In this document: positions 26,313-35,927 of the stretch, in pieces | Layout of the letters: every line of letters begins with the position of its first letter | Position numbering within the stretch: position 1 is the stretch's first letter | Source: Candidatus Daviesbacteria bacterium GW2011_GWA1_41_61 | GTDB taxonomy: Bacteria; Patescibacteriota; Microgenomatia; Daviesbacterales; UBA10151 | DNA: 64,000 nucleotides | Direction of reading: 5' to 3' | Assembly (NCBI GenBank): GCA_000997385.1 | Contig: LCBT01000001.1 | Location: 49,707-113,706 of the forward strand | Program-made: the position numbers and the translations under genes | The notes under the pieces: generated by a model | Seen by the model: the letters and a program-made list of their open reading frames with translations, nothing else | Database searches by the model: none | Told to the model about the DNA's origin: nothing

Positions 26313-27632
26313 TCAAGGCAGAAAAGATTTGACTAAATTTAATCCTCTTTGAAAAACATCCTTAAAAGGTAATCCCTTAGCCAACACCGGGATATTAAAC
26401 TGCGGTCCCGAAGCCATCTTAGACCCATATAAAATCAAACCTGCTGCTGTAGCAAAAGAAGGAGAGTCAATTTCATCAATTAATCCTACTAATCCTTCAT
26501 TTTTACCTACTCTGGCTGGGTATCCCAATACATATTTAGCTTGGTCTAAAAGCCCCACAGTTAAAGATCCTCCTCCACAGATAACTAAACCAGAAGGAGT
26601 TTGAGTACCGAAACCACTCTTTTTGATCTCCTTGCCTACCAGCTCAAATATTTCCCTCACTCTGGGTCTAATGATAGAGTCAACAACTGCTTTTTTGGAA
26701 ATTTTTTGTAAATCCTCACTGATACCAATACTTTTAACATCCAAAGGTTCTTCCTTTACGGATTTACTTGCTGAAACTCCTCTTTCCTCTTCTTTACCAT
26801 AGGCTTCTGGGAAGGCGGGAATTTTTGAAGTTCTTCCTAAGTAAACCTTGATTTTTTCAGCTGATTCTAAAGAAACTCGCAGCCCGACTGCTAAATCGGA
26901 GGTAATATGACGTGCACCCACGGGAATAACTGAGGAATGAGCAATCGCCCCATCAACATACATCACTACATCAGTCGTTTCTCCCCCGATATCCACTAAA
27001 ATAGCTCCTAGCTCCTTTTCTGTCTCAGTTAAGACAGCATAGGAGGAAGCAATACCGGAGAAAACTAACTCCTCCACATTCACCCCGACCAGTCCCATAC
27101 ATTTGACTAAATTTTTCATCGATGTGGTTGACCCGGTAATAATATGCGTATCTGTTTCTAGTCTTACCCCGGTCATGCCGATAGGATCCCTAATACCTTC
27201 TTGTCCATCCACAGTAAAAGTACGGGGAATTACATGAAGAATCTCTTTGGAAGAAGGTAACGGTATAGCTCTGGCAGCATCATTAACTCTTAAAACATCA
27301 TTTTCAGCAATCTCCCCTTCTGGTTTGGCTACTGCTACCACAGCATGGGAATTAGTACTTTCAATATGAGGTCCTCCAATAGAAACATAAACTGAGGAGA
27401 TGGAATAACCTGCCATCCTCTCTGATGCCTCAATACTCTCGGTGATAGCAGCGACAGCATCTTCAATATCAACAATCTGGGCTTTTCTGACTCCCCGGGA
27501 ATTCACAGCAGAAACCCCAATTAAATTAATCTTCCCATCCTCACCTAAAGAGGCAATAAGAGTAGCTATTTTCGAAGAACCAACATCAACGGCACAGATA
27601 ACTTTGTCTTTCGGCATATTTAACTTAACCAA
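26313..27632 (-). CDS. ftsA: Cell division protein FtsA (start may be 27617)
   Basis: DVGSSKI, P.GMTGVRLE, DIGGETT, AEKIK, GGG. Confidence 0.96.
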   Translation of the reverse strand: MVKLNMPKDKVICAVDVGSSKIATLIASLGEDGKINLIGVSAVNSRGVRKAQIVDIEDAVAAITESIEASERMAGYSISSVYVSIGGPHIESTNSHAVVAVAKPEGEIAENDVLRVNDAARAIPLPSSKEILHVIPRTFTVDGQEGIRDPIGMTGVRLETDTHIITGSTTSMKNLVKCMGLVGVNVEELVFSGIASSYAVLTETEKELGAILVDIGGETTDVVMYVDGAIAHSSVIPVGARHITSDLAVGLRVSLESAEKIKVYLGRTSKIPAFPEAYGKEEERGVSASKSVKEEPLDVKSIGISEDLQKISKKAVVDSIIRPRVREIFELVGKEIKKSGFGTQTPSGLVICGGGSLTVGLLDQAKYVLGYPARVGKNEGLVGLIDEIDSPSFATAAGLILYGSKMASGPQFNIPVLAKGLPFKDVFQRGLNLVKSFLP

Positions 27633-27738
27633 CTTGGCTGTAACAGACCTCTCCTACTAAATTAATTTTAAATCTTGTCTTTTGAGAAAGTCAAAAGATA
27701 GATCACCGCCTACTTACCTCATTAGCTTATCCCCAAAT

Positions 27739-28542
27739 TCAATCATTACTTTTGCTGGAAGAATATACAACTACAGGTTTATCAAAACGAAGATCAACAG
27801 TTTCCATTTCTTTCTCGTCTATTTTAGCTTTTTGTAAGATTAGTTGTAAAGAGCCCAGTTGCCGGAAAATATCTCCTGACAAAGAAAAAACTAATTTAGG
27901 CCTGGAGTACACCAGTAAAAAGTCTCCTGACTTTTTGAATTTGAAGAGAGAGCTGTCCTGGGCTTGAATCTCCAGTTTACCCAAATTTAAAATAACTTGC
28001 TCTAACTTAGTTAATAGGTCGCCTTCTATTTTTTGACCTAATTTAAGTTCATCTCCCAAGTAATATAAAATTGGTAACTGAAACTCCTGACCTTGAGCGA
28101 AAACATACCCCTCACTATCGGCAATATATAATTTCTTTACATCCTCAGGCAACGACCAGTCCAGTAAAGCCGTTGACGAGGAGGGAGAAGCGGTTAAATC
28201 CTCATCTAAGGCGGCTGTAGGGATAGGGGCAATTTTTATCAAAGGAACTCTTCCTTCGGCAATGATCTTTATTCCTTTGATAAATTTTCTTTCCCAGCGG
28301 AGGCTTTTGACACAAGGATAAAGTGAAACAGTTTTTTGAAAGATAGCTTTTTCATTAATATAGAAAAAATAGTTATGTTGGAGATTAATTTCTGATTTTA
28401 CCCTAGCCGTATCCAGACAAGCGGCATTTTTTGCTTCCCACTCGATTGAATCTGTTTTTAATAGATCAGTTTTAAAAATAGCCAAAGTTATCAAAACAAC
28501 CAGAAAAAACAGCAAGATAACGGTTTTTTTGCCTCTTATCAT
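27739..28542 (-). CDS. ftsQ: FtsQ/DivIB-like protein
   Basis: One TM, POTRA-like region, terminal VDLRFDKPVV; position between murG and ftsA. Confidence 0.75.
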   Translation of the reverse strand: MIRGKKTVILLFFLVVLITLAIFKTDLLKTDSIEWEAKNAACLDTARVKSEINLQHNYFFYINEKAIFQKTVSLYPCVKSLRWERKFIKGIKIIAEGRVPLIKIAPIPTAALDEDLTASPSSSTALLDWSLPEDVKKLYIADSEGYVFAQGQEFQLPILYYLGDELKLGQKIEGDLLTKLEQVILNLGKLEIQAQDSSLFKFKKSGDFLLVYSRPKLVFSLSGDIFRQLGSLQLILQKAKIDEKEMETVDLRFDKPVVVYSSSKSND

Positions 28543-29705
28543 CTTAAGTGGGACTCTCTGTCGCCTAAAAGTAAGGTCTCTAAAGCCAGTCTTTTAGCGG
28601 CATCCGCAATAGCTATTGGGTGAGCATTTTGAGCTTGTTTTTTTAACTGGGGTAAATTTTTTAACATCTTAGCAACAGTTTGATATAGTTTTTCAGCTGT
28701 TAAATCCACTTGCCACAAAACTTGAGCTAGTCCCAGTTTTCCAAAGTAGCAGGCGTTAGTTGTTTGTTCATCTTTATAAAGATAGGGTATTGGTATAACT
28801 AAAGTAGGTATAGAAAAATAAGCCAGTTCATAAAGAATATTGATACCACCCCGGGAAATTACCAAATCCACTTTCTTTAAAAGTTCAGCCAAATCTTCAA
28901 CTTCCAGCCATTTTTTTACTAAATATCTCTGGGGATGAGATAAAGATTTTTGTTTACTAGTCATTTTATCAAAATCGTTAAACTTAGAATCTCCAGTCTG
29001 GTGAACAATACAAGCTACTTTAGTCAAATCTTCCAAAATCTGGCGGATAGCTTCATTTATCAGATGGGAGCCCTGATTCCCCCCGGTAATATAAATTAGG
29101 GGTTTCTTTTCTTTTTGGGAGATTTTAACAATTTGGGTTATATCTGGACTCAAGGCAGTAACTTTATCTCTGCTGCGGTTTTCATAGGATTCTAGGATTG
29201 CCTTCCTCATGGGATTACCGGTAAAAACCATCCGCCGGTCTTTTCTTATCTGATCACCTTTAAAAGAAATGGCTACTTTGTTGGCAAAGAAAGCACTTAT
29301 TTCATTGGCGAGTCCCGAAACTAAAGTCTGTTCATGGATAATAATTGGAATAGATAAAAACCAGGCAGATATTACCACCGGCACTCCGACATAACCTCCG
29401 AAAGATAGCACCACATCCGGTTTTTCTTTTAAAAGCACATAAAAAGCCTGAATAAAACCAAAGGGAATTTTTAGCAGTGATGGTATGGTATGGACAGTAA
29501 AAACTCTCTGCAGTCTTCCGGTAGTCAAAGAGATAAATTTAACTCCTAAATTAGATAAAACCTGGGATTCCATGGAGGGAGTTTGATCCCCTTCCCGGGT
29601 GTAGCTTCTGCCCAGATAAACAATTTGCGTATGGGGATACTTTCGCAGCTGCTCAATCACTGCTTGGGCGGGGGTAAAATGTGAACCAGTAACAACAATT
29701 TTCAT
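28539..29705 (-). CDS. murG: MurG GlcNAc transferase
   Basis: FGGYVGVP, HEQT, TGNPMR, GGNQGS, SRGG. Confidence 0.93.
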   Translation of the reverse strand: MKIVVTGSHFTPAQAVIEQLRKYPHTQIVYLGRSYTREGDQTPSMESQVLSNLGVKFISLTTGRLQRVFTVHTIPSLLKIPFGFIQAFYVLLKEKPDVVLSFGGYVGVPVVISAWFLSIPIIIHEQTLVSGLANEISAFFANKVAISFKGDQIRKDRRMVFTGNPMRKAILESYENRSRDKVTALSPDITQIVKISQKEKKPLIYITGGNQGSHLINEAIRQILEDLTKVACIVHQTGDSKFNDFDKMTSKQKSLSHPQRYLVKKWLEVEDLAELLKKVDLVISRGGINILYELAYFSIPTLVIPIPYLYKDEQTTNACYFGKLGLAQVLWQVDLTAEKLYQTVAKMLKNLPQLKKQAQNAHPIAIADAAKRLALETLLLGDRESHLR

Positions 29706-30847
29706 CTTAAGTTTTGCTTTGAGATATTAAGTAATATACCTACTGCCACCAAATTTGCAAGTAGCGCTGATCCGCCATAAGATATAAAAGGCAGCGGAAC
29801 TCCGGTTAAGGGCATCAAAGAGACCATCGCTGCCAAATTAATAACCGCTTGAACTCCTAACCAGGTAGTCAGCCCGACGGCCAACAGTTTCCCATAGCTG
29901 TCTACAGCCGTTTGAGCTATTTTAAAACCTCTTAAAATCAAAAAACCAATAATAAAGATTAGTACCAGGCTTCCCAAAAAACCAAACTCTTCACCGATAA
30001 CTGAAAAAATAGAGTCGGTGGTCACCTCCGGAATGTAAGCAAATTTTTGCCTGGACTGCCCTACTCCCAACCCCAACAATCCTCCTGATCCTAAAGCTAT
30101 CAGGACTTGAGAAATATGATAAGAAAAGCCTTGAGGGTCAGCAAAAGGGTCTAAAAAGGCTAAAACTCTTTTGATACGATAAGGAGCAATTAAAATGAAA
30201 CCCATAGCTGAAACTAAACTGATTAGCGATAGACCAATAAAGTGAGCTAAAGGAGCTTCAGCAACGAAATAAACTGAAAAAGCAATCATGCTAAAGATTA
30301 TGGCTGAACCTAAGTCTTTTTGGAAAATCCCCAAAATGATCCCCACCAAACCTAAGATTACAAAAAAGGGGAAAGACTTACTGCTTTTACAAAAAATAGC
30401 TGATAAGAAGATAATGGCAGACAACTTAATGATCTCTGCCGGCTGAACATTGAAACCGGGAAACTTCAACCACCGATGAGCTCCTCCAGCAGAAATTCCC
30501 AACCCGGGAATAAAAACCAACAGCAGCAGCAAAACCGAAAAGATAAAAAACGGCAGGGCAAATTTTTGCAGGCGGTGATAATCAAAAAAACTGAAAAAAG
30601 CTAAAGCTCCTAGACCCATCAACAACCAAATAACTTGTTGTTTAATAAAATAATACTTATCTCCAAAATCTCTATAAGCTTCAAATTGGGAAGCGTCATA
30701 AACCATGAGCAGCCCAAAAAGGGATAAAAAAATTACGCTGCCTAAAAGGACCCAGTCAATTTTATGTTGCTGGGTAAAAACTCGGGGGGATTGATAAATG
30801 GACTTTTTCTCCTCTTTAGAAAAAGCCGGTACTTTAAGCCTTCTCAT
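29702..30847 (-). CDS. ftsW: FtsW SEDS protein
   Basis: QPAEIIK, DLGS, GVGQSRQK, PEVTTDSIF, GVPLPFISYGGS. Confidence 0.93.
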   Translation of the reverse strand: MRRLKVPAFSKEEKKSIYQSPRVFTQQHKIDWVLLGSVIFLSLFGLLMVYDASQFEAYRDFGDKYYFIKQQVIWLLMGLGALAFFSFFDYHRLQKFALPFFIFSVLLLLLVFIPGLGISAGGAHRWLKFPGFNVQPAEIIKLSAIIFLSAIFCKSSKSFPFFVILGLVGIILGIFQKDLGSAIIFSMIAFSVYFVAEAPLAHFIGLSLISLVSAMGFILIAPYRIKRVLAFLDPFADPQGFSYHISQVLIALGSGGLLGLGVGQSRQKFAYIPEVTTDSIFSVIGEEFGFLGSLVLIFIIGFLILRGFKIAQTAVDSYGKLLAVGLTTWLGVQAVINLAAMVSLMPLTGVPLPFISYGGSALLANLVAVGILLNISKQNLR

Positions 30848-30904
30848 CTCTTCTTAGATTCTAGCAGTTTTAGAAGTGTTTAGTACAGATAAAGATCTAT
30901 TCCC

Positions 30905-31915
30905 TTACTGAGAAATCAGAGCTAGCCAAAGACCAAAGATGGCCAGAACTGCTCCGGCCAGCCAAAATCTGACCACAATCTTGGGTTCTTCCCAACCGAT
31001 ATATTTAAAATACATATGGATCGGAGCCACTGGCAGAAGCTTTCTTTTTAAAAACTTTTTGGAAAAGATTTGCAGTAAAGAGGAAAAAATAATCACCACA
31101 TAAACTCCCCCAATAACAGCTAACCCAAAAATTTTACCGGTTAAAAGCCCGATCACGGCTAAAGTTGCTCCAAACCCAAAAGCCCCAGCATCCCCCAGGT
31201 AAACTCTGGCGGGATAGATGTTAAAGTAAAGATAAGCAATTAAGACCCCAATCCATACACCGGTAAAGATAGCCAAATTTTGGTTTAAAACTGAACTGGC
31301 CAAAACCAAAAAGGCAAATAAACAAATAGTCAATAGGCCTGTAGAAAGCCCGTCAAGTCCGTCGGAGATGTTGTAAGCATTAGCAAAGGAAACAATGGCA
31401 AAAACAGCCAAAGGGATATACCACCAACCTAAAACGATGTTGCCAATGACAGGGACAAAGATATTGTTCAACCCCACCACAAAATAAAGTAACAGCGCTA
31501 CTAGTACTGCAAAGAGCAACTGCAAAAGAAACAAATATCTGCCCCTAATCCCGGAATATTTACCAGAAAAGGAGATAAAAATCTTTCTAATATCATCTAA
31601 CAAACCTATAGAACCAAAGGTTAAAATAGTAAAAACTAAAACATAAATGTCTTCACTGGGACCCTGCCTGGTAACAAAAGCTGCCAGTAAACTAAGTACT
31701 ACCACGATAGGTATAAGCAAAATTCCCCCGCCAATAGGGGTATCAATATCCTTGCCAGCAAGCAGCTGATTATGAATTGGAGTATTAACATCATGGGCTA
31801 AAATGGCTGATTTTTTATCTCTTCTCTTTAAATAAAAAAGTAAATCTATAAAAGGAACTAACAAAAAACTGGTCACAAAGAAAGAGATGATAATTAATCC
31901 TAAAAGTTCAATCAT
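30905..31915 (-). CDS. mraY: Phospho-MurNAc-pentapeptide transferase
   Basis: TPIGGG, GLLDD, NAYNISDGLDGL, FNIYPARVYLGD, APIH. Confidence 0.93.
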   Translation of the reverse strand: MIELLGLIIISFFVTSFLLVPFIDLLFYLKRRDKKSAILAHDVNTPIHNQLLAGKDIDTPIGGGILLIPIVVVLSLLAAFVTRQGPSEDIYVLVFTILTFGSIGLLDDIRKIFISFSGKYSGIRGRYLFLLQLLFAVLVALLLYFVVGLNNIFVPVIGNIVLGWWYIPLAVFAIVSFANAYNISDGLDGLSTGLLTICLFAFLVLASSVLNQNLAIFTGVWIGVLIAYLYFNIYPARVYLGDAGAFGFGATLAVIGLLTGKIFGLAVIGGVYVVIIFSSLLQIFSKKFLKRKLLPVAPIHMYFKYIGWEEPKIVVRFWLAGAVLAIFGLWLALISQ

Positions 31916-33189
31916 TTGGATTTACTAATCCTCGCCACCACTTCATCAAGTTTAACAGCTCGGGAGCCTTTTATCAAAATTAAGTCACCTTTGCTGGCAG
32001 TTCTTAAAATTCTGGCCACAATTTGGGAATTGGATAAATTTACTTCAATCTTTTCTGGTAAATACCCTAATTTGATTAACTCATCCCCAATAAATCTGAC
32101 ATCTCCTCCTCCTAAAAAGACATAATCTATTTTGTCCTTATAGATCTTCCGGGCTATCTCCCGGTGCAACTGCTCTGAGTAAACACCCAACTCCCTCATT
32201 TCCCCCAAAACAGCAATTCTCCTTCTCGCTGAAAGTTCATTTAAGACATTCAAAGCTTCTTCCAAAGCTACCGGAGAAGAGTTATAAGTATCATCTAAAA
32301 CATAACAACCATTCAGACCTTCTAAAAGTTGTAGCCTATGAGGTGCAGAAGCTACCTTCTCCAACCCCTTTTTAATATTAATCAAATTCATTCCCAAACT
32401 GACTCCCAAAGCGGCAGCAGCTAAGGCGGAATAAACAAAATGCTTCCCCAAAAGATTTAGGAAAATTTCAACCCTCTCTACTCCATAATTTAGTTCAAAC
32501 CTGGTTAAGCCATTCTCCAGGCGGATATTACTGGCCCAAAAATTACAGCTTTGAGGGTCAGTGCCAAAAAAGATCACTTTTGCTTCTGTATCTTTTGCTA
32601 ATTTGCGGACATTTAAATCGTCCCAATTTAAGATAGCAAAACCGTCTTTAGGAAGTTGTCTGATAAGTTTGCCTTTCTCTTCTAAAATCTGATTGATATC
32701 ACCTAAAAACTGGCTATGGGCAAAAGAAATCCTGGTGACAACTGCAGTGGCCGGTTTTACCAGTGAAAGGTAAAAGTTCATCTCTCCAGGATATTCTATT
32801 CCCATCTCCAAAATTGCTTTTTGAGTATTTGGTCTCATCCTTAGGATAGTAGCCGGGATATTAAAGATAGGGTCAAAATTTTCCCGGGTAGCAACAACCT
32901 TAAACTTCTCGGCTAACACTGACAAACAGGTCTCTTTGGTAGTAGTTTTCCCTACTGAACCGGTAATACCGATAAAGGAGCTTCTGGGATATAACTTGGC
33001 CAGATTTCTAGCCAGAAAAAAGCGGGCCAAATGGGCCGGTTTTTTATAAGCTTTAAGATTATTCCAAACAGGATGCTGGTAAATTTCCATAACTTTTATA
33101 TTACTTCTTCCCTTAGCTGGCGGATAACTTAATATTATACTCCTATTTTTCCTGAGCTTTAAGTTTAAAAACTGCCGAAATAATAACAT
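31912..33189 (-). CDS. murF: MurF ligase (true start probably ~33090)
   Basis: GITGSVGKTTTKE, LEMG, DDTYNSSP, LGEMRELG, IKGSR. Confidence 0.92.
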   Translation of the reverse strand: MLLFRQFLNLKLRKNRSIILSYPPAKGRSNIKVMEIYQHPVWNNLKAYKKPAHLARFFLARNLAKLYPRSSFIGITGSVGKTTTKETCLSVLAEKFKVVATRENFDPIFNIPATILRMRPNTQKAILEMGIEYPGEMNFYLSLVKPATAVVTRISFAHSQFLGDINQILEEKGKLIRQLPKDGFAILNWDDLNVRKLAKDTEAKVIFFGTDPQSCNFWASNIRLENGLTRFELNYGVERVEIFLNLLGKHFVYSALAAAALGVSLGMNLINIKKGLEKVASAPHRLQLLEGLNGCYVLDDTYNSSPVALEEALNVLNELSARRRIAVLGEMRELGVYSEQLHREIARKIYKDKIDYVFLGGGDVRFIGDELIKLGYLPEKIEVNLSNSQIVARILRTASKGDLILIKGSRAVKLDEVVARISKSK

Positions 33190-33730
33190 CTTCTTTACTC
33201 ACCAAATAAGGATCTTTTACCTCTACCTCCCCACTGCTGGTTAAAACCTTTACCTGATGAGCTTTTTCCCTGACTATAGGCAGAATATACAAAGATCCTC
33301 CCACTGTTCCCAAGGTATTTTGAAAGATCTCCAACCCTCCCAAGCGGTGTTCTAAAGCAAATTCAGCCAATCTTTTAAGGCTGGTTCCTGATTCAGCTTC
33401 CACTAATGCTTCCTCTATACCTATTCCTTGCCTTGAAACATTACCTTTAACTCCAAAAATTTTTAAATTATCGCTTCGGTTTTTAATCACCAGACTATTT
33501 ATTCCTTCCTTAGAAATAGCTATTTTACTGCCTGAGCCAATAATTAAAAAATCGAGTTTCAGTTCCCGGCAAAGCTGGACAATCTTAATAAGCTCCTCCA
33601 CAGTAGTAGCAATATAAAAAGCTGAGGCCGTACCTCCAAAACCAGATACTAAATGTTCCGAGATATCACAATCTCTTTTGACTCTACTGCCTCCCAGGTA
33701 ATCCTGAAGAATTTTCAGCCGGTCATGCAT
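33143..33730 (-). CDS. murB: MurB-like FAD-binding protein lacking the C-terminal domain
   Basis: GG.A, IGSGS, AESG, GLE...GTVGG; about 195 aa; no C-terminal MurB domain. Confidence 0.6.
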   Translation of the reverse strand: MHDRLKILQDYLGGSRVKRDCDISEHLVSGFGGTASAFYIATTVEELIKIVQLCRELKLDFLIIGSGSKIAISKEGINSLVIKNRSDNLKIFGVKGNVSRQGIGIEEALVEAESGTSLKRLAEFALEHRLGGLEIFQNTLGTVGGSLYILPIVREKAHQVKVLTSSGEVEVKDPYLVSKEDVIISAVFKLKAQEK

Positions 33731-33734
33731 CTTA

Positions 33735-34949
33735 TTATTTCTTTTGGATGATACGACGCACCGCTTCTTGGTCAGACCAAGGTTTTTCCACTCCATGATA
33801 GTTCATTGATTTTTCATGTCCCTTGCCAAAAATTCCCACCACATCACCTTTATCAGTTAAAGATAAAGCCAACTTTATAGCTTTAGTTCTATCAGGTTCT
33901 TTGTAAAGAGTTTTTCCATTTTCCGCTCCATCCTGATAAGCTCCCTGAGCAATCTCTTCAATAATCTTATTTCTATCTTCAAATCTGGGGTCTTCATCAG
34001 TTAAAATTGTTACATCAGCCAATTTACCTGAGATTTTTCCCATTAAAGGTCTTTTTAATTTATCCCTTTGGGAAGCACAACCAAAAACTGCTATCAACTT
34101 ACCTGAAGTTTTAGGTCTTAGGGTCTGCAAAGCATTTTCCAAAGCATTAGGGGTATGGGCAAAATCCACAAACACCCTGATCCCCCGCCTGTTTTTAATC
34201 TCCTCCATCCTGCCGCAAAGTCCACTAAAACCCTCCAGGCTTTTTCTGATCAGTTGATCATCAAGACCTATAATCTTGCCTACCGCAGCTGAAGCTAAGG
34301 CATTACAGATATTATAATCTCCAGGTACTCTCAACTTTAAGGGAGTCTTTTGAGTGTTAATATCGGCCTTATTGCTCATCCCAAAACTTATTACTTTACC
34401 TGAAGTTTCTTCAGACAACCGGGAAAAGTTTACATCATCAGCGTTTAAAACAGCAAATTTAACATTCTGTATAAGTTTAGCTTTAGCCCGGAAGTAGTTT
34501 TCAAAAGTTTTATGGTAATCTAAATGTTCATGGGTAATATTGGTAATTACCCCAATCTCAAAAGGAACTCCCCATACTCTAAATTGATCCAAGGCATGAG
34601 AGGTGACCTCCAGTACCATAAACTCATCGCCATGTTTTAAGGCTTGTTGAAAATATTTTTGAATCACCGAAGAGTGAGGACTGGTCACATGAAAGCCGGT
34701 ATCATAACTTTTTCCAGCTATAACAGCATTAATAGTGGAGATCATGGAAGCTTTTTTACCGGCGTCATGAAGTATTTTGTAAATCATATTCACAGTGGTA
34801 GTTTTACCATCAGTCCCAGTCACCCCAATTACCTTCAGTCTTCTACCAGGAAAGCCATATTTAATATTTGCCAACACTGCCTCCGGCAAATGCTTGGCAT
34901 AATTTACTAAAGAGTGAGGAATTAACTTCCTAATCTTTCTAATCATCAA
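33735..34949 (-). CDS. murE: MurE ligase
   Basis: GVTGTDGKTTT, LEVTSH, EHLDYH, VDFAHTP, GKGHE. Confidence 0.94.
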   Translation of the reverse strand: MMIRKIRKLIPHSLVNYAKHLPEAVLANIKYGFPGRRLKVIGVTGTDGKTTTVNMIYKILHDAGKKASMISTINAVIAGKSYDTGFHVTSPHSSVIQKYFQQALKHGDEFMVLEVTSHALDQFRVWGVPFEIGVITNITHEHLDYHKTFENYFRAKAKLIQNVKFAVLNADDVNFSRLSEETSGKVISFGMSNKADINTQKTPLKLRVPGDYNICNALASAAVGKIIGLDDQLIRKSLEGFSGLCGRMEEIKNRRGIRVFVDFAHTPNALENALQTLRPKTSGKLIAVFGCASQRDKLKRPLMGKISGKLADVTILTDEDPRFEDRNKIIEEIAQGAYQDGAENGKTLYKEPDRTKAIKLALSLTDKGDVVGIFGKGHEKSMNYHGVEKPWSDQEAVRRIIQKK

Positions 34950-34961
34950 GGGTATTATAAC

Positions 34962-35882
34962 TCAAACGCTTCTCACATAATGTGCTAACTCTTTATAAGC
35001 ATCTTGAAAATGATGCAGCCTTCCTAAAACAGAAGTTGCAGGCACAATTCCCGCCTTAATTAAACCGTCAAAAGTAATTTCCACTACAAATGGGGTTTGA
35101 GGAGCTGCATCTTTTACCATCCTAATCATCTGCCCTAGCTCAGTATTATAATTGGGATTTGTTCCCACCATCTCTCGAAGCCAAGCAAAGCTTGGAACAG
35201 TGGGGTCATTGTGAGGCACTCTTCCGGCCTGAACATGTACCTCCTTTAAAACTCCAGCTTCTAAGAAAGCTCCTAAAGATTTCTTCCAATCCCCTAAGGG
35301 TCTGTTCCCTGATTTGGTGGCCTCTTGAGCATGATAGCAGTCATAAACAATACCTGCTGCAGCCTGACTTTGAACCTGACGAATAAGATCACCAGCATTA
35401 CTTTCATCATTAAACACTGCCGGATGGGTCTGCAGCAAAGGTTGACGGAAATTTCCATACATTTTCCTTCCATTGACTTTATAATTGTAAGTTACAACTG
35501 GAAAATTCCCTCTAAAGGCAGTTTCTAGGCTATGAAGGGCTTTTTGTGCCTGCGCATTTTCAGCCAACAATAAATTATAAAAAGATAGTTTCTCTCCTGG
35601 TCTTAGGGGATCCTCTTTTCTTTTTAAAACAGATCCCAGAGTAGCATAAGGATTGAAAATCACATGACCGCTGCGGACCTCTTTCCACTCCTTTAAAACA
35701 TGCAAAGGCGTTTTTAACACATCTTTGGTAGCACCTTTTAAGGCATGAAATTCTACGCTGTCAAATCCAGCTTCTTTGGCCCATCGTTGAAAATGGTCAA
35801 CCTTCCAACTTAAGGGGATATCTGGTCTCGTCCCTGTTAAAACTGCAGTACAAGGAAACCTGACGTCTAGCTGTCTTTACAT
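34962..35882 (-). pseudogene. Xylose-isomerase/AP-endonuclease-like TIM-barrel gene with TAA at codon 2
   Basis: The frame is open from 35876 (RQLDVRFP...WAKEAGFDSVEFH...YDCYH...EVHVQ...VVEI) and is preceded by ATG-TAA at 35882-35877. Confidence 0.65.
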
Positions 35883-35927
35883 TCGGTGTATCTTACCATA
35901 ATTGTCCCAATATCACTATGAGATAGA

